From NCBI GenBank assembly GCA_963754925.1, contig CAVWHX010000004.1, positions 928,001 to 992,000 on the forward strand: DNA of 64,000 bases, written 5' to 3'. The notes beneath the pieces are model-generated. The model was not told where the DNA came from, did no database searches, and saw only the letters and a list, made by a program, of their open reading frames with translations. Made by a program: the position numbers and the translations under genes. The stretch is from an uncultured delta proteobacterium (GTDB lineage Bacteria > Myxococcota > B64-G9). Of this stretch, positions 60,560-64,000 are shown piece by piece (position 1 is the first letter of the stretch; every line of letters starts with the position of its first letter).

Positions 60560-61277
60560 ACACCTCTTCCAGATTCGTCAGGACCTCGCGCGCGGGGCCG
60601 ACTTTCAAGATGCGTTTGTCCTTGAGCAGGGCGACGCGATCGCACACCTCATGGGCCTCCGCAAGATTGTGAGTCGCCAGCAAGACAGTCTTGCCGAGCT
60701 CCTTGACCAGCGTTTTCCCAATCAGCTCGCGGGTGCGCTTGGCGGCGCCAGGATCAAGCCCGCGGGTCGGTTCGTCGATGAGCAACAACTCCGGATCGTG
60801 AAGCATGGCTCGCGCCAGCGCCAGGCGTTGACGCATACCGGTTGAAAGGTCCCGAAAGGGTTTTTTAAGCTCACCGGCCAGTTGCAACAACCCAGCGACC
60901 TTTTCTATTTGCGAACGGGCCCGAGTCTTGTCCAAATTATGCAGCGCGGCGAAAAACAATAAGTTCTGTGACGCGGTCAGCCGCCAGTAAAAGCTGCGTT
61001 CGTCGCCGAGCACAAAACCGATGCGCTCGCGGATCTGAACCGAAGCTGAGGCTGTATCCTGACCAAAGATGCGCACCGTTCCGCTATCGGGGAGTATGCT
61101 GGCGGCCAAGATGCGCAGCAAGGTGGTTTTTCCGGCGCCGTTTGGCCCGAGCAGTCCGGTTAGCGATCCCCGCGGTACGCTCAACCAGAGGTCGGCCAGC
61201 ACCGAAATCTTCCGGCGATCGAACGGAGCGCGAAGGATCTCGAAGAAAGGTCGAGGGAGGACGAAGCTTTTGGTCAC
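60552..61277 (-). CDS. ABC transporter ATP-binding protein (true start probably slightly upstream)
   Basis: GPNGAGKTT, LSTGMRQR, LLIDEPT, ATH. Confidence 0.92.
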   Translation of the reverse strand: MTKSFVLPRPFFEILRAPFDRRKISVLADLWLSVPRGSLTGLLGPNGAGKTTLLRILAASILPDSGTVRIFGQDTASASVQIRERIGFVLGDERSFYWRLTASQNLLFFAALHNLDKTRARSQIEKVAGLLQLAGELKKPFRDLSTGMRQRLALARAMLHDPELLLIDEPTRGLDPGAAKRTRELIGKTLVKELGKTVLLATHNLAEAHEVCDRVALLKDKRILKVGPAREVLTNLEEVFE

Positions 61278-61343
61278 TCCGCAAATTTCAATAGCCGGAT
61301 CGATGACTAGTTACCCCTCTGTTGTAAACCTTCACTTGAAGAT

Positions 61344-61436
61344 ACGCGCCGGGTCCTGCCGCCTCGCATCCCCCGGCGGTGCTCACTTGCGCTCCGCGCC
61401 GGCGGGGGACCCCCTGCTCGGCGTCACCCAGCGCGT
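61344..61436. repeat. Second palindromic family, copy overlapping the mltG 3' end
   Basis: ACGCGCCGGGTCCTGCCGCCTCGCATCC...GGCGTCACCCAGCGCGT matches the arms of 48737-48838, with a different GC-rich inner hairpin. Confidence 0.8.
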
Positions 61437-62486
61437 TCCGCTACCATCACCCGAAACTGAATAGTTACCCCCACGCTGGTATTGTGCGACCGCACGGTTG
61501 TGGCACGCTAAGTTGAGGCAAAACTGGTGGGTGCCGTTGTTTTTCGAAACGAAGAAAAGGTACGGCGTTGTTTCCGGGTAGAGCGCCGCCCGGATCGCTT
61601 CTGCTCCTGGATTGCAGATTGCCCCGGGCGGCAGCCCTTTGTAGCGGTATGTGTTGTACCTATGATCGAGGTTCAAATCAGCTTTGGTGATGATGCCGTT
61701 GAAGTATCCGCGCGAAAGCACGATGGCGTAGATCACCGTCGGATCGGTCTGCAGCGGCCAGCCTCGTTTGAGCCGGTTATAAAACACACCGGCAATGAGT
61801 GATCGCTCCTGGGGCGCGCCGGTCTCTTTCTCGATGATCGACGCGAGGGTGATTGCCTGCAACTCGCTCCATCCAAGTTCGGCGGCGCGCTCACGAAATC
61901 CCAGGGTAAAAACCTGGTGGTACTGGCCGATCATGGTCTCGAGGATGGTTGCGACCGGAGTGTGTTTTTGAAACTGGTAGGTTTCAGGAAACAGGAATCC
62001 CTCCAGGGTATCCCCGGGGAGCCCGTGGCGGTGGACAAACGTCGAATCATGCGCCATCTTCTCAAACTCTGCCGCTTCCGCCAAACCGGCTGCTGCAAAG
62101 AGCTGGGCTATCTCATCGATGCGGAGCCCCTCCGGAATGGTCATTTTGTGGGTAATCGGGATGCCCTCAAGGAGCACCGCAAGAACCTCTACGGGGGTCA
62201 TCGTGTCGCGAAAAGCGAGCTCACCGGATTTGAACTTACCGGCTGCGCGTTTGTAGAAGCGAACCCACCGATAAAAGAGATCGGCATCATCGAGCACCTG
62301 GTTTTTGGCCAGCAGCTCGATCGTTTGCCGGGGACCGCTGCCGGCCGGAATATCGATCGCAATGGTCGCGCCGCTGCCCCGATGGGGGCGCTCGCCGTAC
62401 GATTGAATCCACCAGTACCCTGCCAGCGCCACAATGCCGAGGATCAGGAGCACTCCCACCACGCTCATCAGGATCCATTTTTTCAA
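61383..62486 (-). CDS. mltG: Endolytic transglycosylase MltG
   Basis: TIPEG, LEGFLFPETY, LASIIEKET, LQTDPTVIY, YNTY..GLPPGAICNPG, YLFFVS. Confidence 0.95.
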   Translation of the reverse strand: MKKWILMSVVGVLLILGIVALAGYWWIQSYGERPHRGSGATIAIDIPAGSGPRQTIELLAKNQVLDDADLFYRWVRFYKRAAGKFKSGELAFRDTMTPVEVLAVLLEGIPITHKMTIPEGLRIDEIAQLFAAAGLAEAAEFEKMAHDSTFVHRHGLPGDTLEGFLFPETYQFQKHTPVATILETMIGQYHQVFTLGFRERAAELGWSELQAITLASIIEKETGAPQERSLIAGVFYNRLKRGWPLQTDPTVIYAIVLSRGYFNGIITKADLNLDHRYNTYRYKGLPPGAICNPGAEAIRAALYPETTPYLFFVSKNNGTHQFCLNLACHNRAVAQYQRGGNYSVSGDGSGTRWVTPSRGSPAGAERK

Positions 62487-62920
62487 AGGAGGTTCTCCCT
62501 ATCGTTGGCCGGCTGCTCAGCGTCAAGGTAACTTTGGAGGATCAGGGTGGCTGCAATTTTGTCCACGAGTTGCTTTCGTTTGCGCGTGCGCACCGAGACA
62601 TCCTTCATTATTCCCTGTGCCTCCCAGGTGGTCAGTCGTTCATCCCACAGAAAAATAGGCAGGTTGAGGTGCGCACCCAACGCTGCTCCAAAGCGACGAA
62701 CGCGGGCAGCCGCCTCGCCTTCTGATCCATTCATATTCAGCGGAAAACCAATCACCACCCCCACCACTTCCTCTTCACGAGCTACTTGAGCAATGGCGTC
62801 GAGATCGCGCTGTCCGCCGTGGCGCGTCAATACCGTCAACCCATGGGCCAATAGACCCAATTCATCACTGACCGCCACCCCGATCCGCCGGGTGCCCAGA
62901 TCCAGTCCCAGAAGACGCAT
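62483..62920 (-). CDS. ruvX: Pre-16S rRNA nuclease / Holliday junction resolvase-like YqgF
   Basis: GLDLGTRRIGVAVSD, GFPLNMNG, WDERLTT, DKIAATLILQSYLD. Confidence 0.95.
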   Translation of the reverse strand: MRLLGLDLGTRRIGVAVSDELGLLAHGLTVLTRHGGQRDLDAIAQVAREEEVVGVVIGFPLNMNGSEGEAAARVRRFGAALGAHLNLPIFLWDERLTTWEAQGIMKDVSVRTRKRKQLVDKIAATLILQSYLDAEQPANDRENLL

Positions 62921-63010
62921 CAATTAATTATATCCGTTGGGCGCCTCAATGCAATCGCTTCCGATTTACCTCTTGCCGTAATCAATGCGACTTATTATCA
63001 TACACGCTCT

Positions 63011-63936
63011 ATGGAACGGCATTCCCTACGCAAGCCAAAAGCCCTGACGTCGGGTGATCGGATCCGGCTCGTTGCGCCGGCGAGCCCGTTTGCTCGCGAG
63101 AAGCTCGTCGCCGGCATGGAGGTTATCGCGCGGCTCGGGTTCGTACCCGTTGTTGACCAACGAGAGTTTATCCGCCGTGGCTTCTTGGCCGGCGATGATC
63201 GATCGCGGGCGGAGAGGTTTTCCGCGGCGCTCGCCGAACAAGAAACCCGTGCCGTGTGGTCCATCCGCGGTGGTTATGGTATCACCCGCCTGTTACCGCT
63301 GCTCGATATAGCACAGCTTAAAGCCACCCGAAACTACTTATCGGGTTTTCGGATGTTACGGCGATTCTCAATAGCCTTTCGGCGCCGGATGGGTTTGTGA
63401 CCATTCATGGACCGGTCGTAACGCAGCTACCCAACCTTCCGTTGAGTGCGCGTCGCTGGTTACATGCCCTGATTTCTGATCCGGCTCTCGATGGTCGTGC
63501 GCCGGTCGGTCGGCTCCAGGTTTTGGTGCCCGGTACCGCGGAGGGCAAATTGTTGGGGGGTAATCTCTCGCTGCTTTCGTCACTGTGCGGGACGCCGTTC
63601 GCGCCAGATTTTTCGGATTCGATACTTCTGCTCGAAGATACCGGTGAGGATGCATATCGACTCGATCGAATGTTTGTTCAATTGTTGCAGTCGGGAGCGT
63701 TTCGTAATGTCCGGGGGATCGTCCTTGGTTCGCTTCACCAGTGTCGACCGGCGGGCGGAAGCCGGTACTCGGCGCGAGCGGTGCTGGCCCGCGCCGCGGC
63801 AGCCCTGGGGGTGCCGCTGGTTGCGGGCGGCCGCTTTGGCCATGCTGATTTCCATGTAGCATTACCGTTGGGGGTGCGGGTGCGTCTTGATGCTTCGGCA
63901 GGAACCCTCACGTTGCTCGAACCAGCGGTGGTATAG
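63011..63936 (+). CDS. LD-carboxypeptidase (S66), apparent -1 frameshift at 63318-63322
   Basis: VAPAS, RGGYG. Adding one A gives QLKSHPKLLIGFSDVTA, which joins TIHGP..GGNLS..LLEDTGE..YRLDRM..FGH. Confidence 0.9.
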
Positions 63937-63940
63937 CCAC

Positions 63941-64000
63941 GATGCTGTCATCGAGTGACCATGCAGAGTTGTTTTCGATGATGGAAGATGGCGTTCGGCG
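63941..64000 (+). CDS. Start of a downstream ORF (3'-partial)
   Basis: ATG 5 nt after the previous stop; frame open to the window end; too short to assign. Confidence 0.4.

Overview
Origin-proximal chromosomal window of a Myxococcota/deltaproteobacterium-like organism; the taxon is inferred from the VegA-like, bactofilin-after-parAB, SpeY-like and PurS-PurL fusion genes. It holds the core origin region (recF-dnaN-oriC-dnaA / rpmH-rnpA-yidD-yidC-jag-mnmE-mnmG-rsmG-parA-parB-bactofilin, two parS sites) and housekeeping genes (pyrBI, purLQ, hom, dacB, nagZ, lolA, rimO, ugd, mltG, ruvX, LD-carboxypeptidase). Four things stand out. (1) A variant Pel exopolysaccharide locus (pelDEFGAB, no pelC): the PelA deacetylase domain looks dead, PelD lacks its c-di-GMP domain, and a secreted Agd3/CE18-type deacetylase and a PilZ protein follow directly. 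(2) A REP-like hairpin family with NTAG feet, compensatory stem changes and nested insertions. (3) Six single-base frameshifts, including in dnaA and dnaN, all at TTAA sites, probably a sequencing signature of a TTAA DNA modification. (4) A putative sigma54-driven small protein-comEA operon next to a Flp pilin. No rRNA, tRNA, CRISPR array or transposase was seen. All assignments are by eye from motifs; no searches were run.
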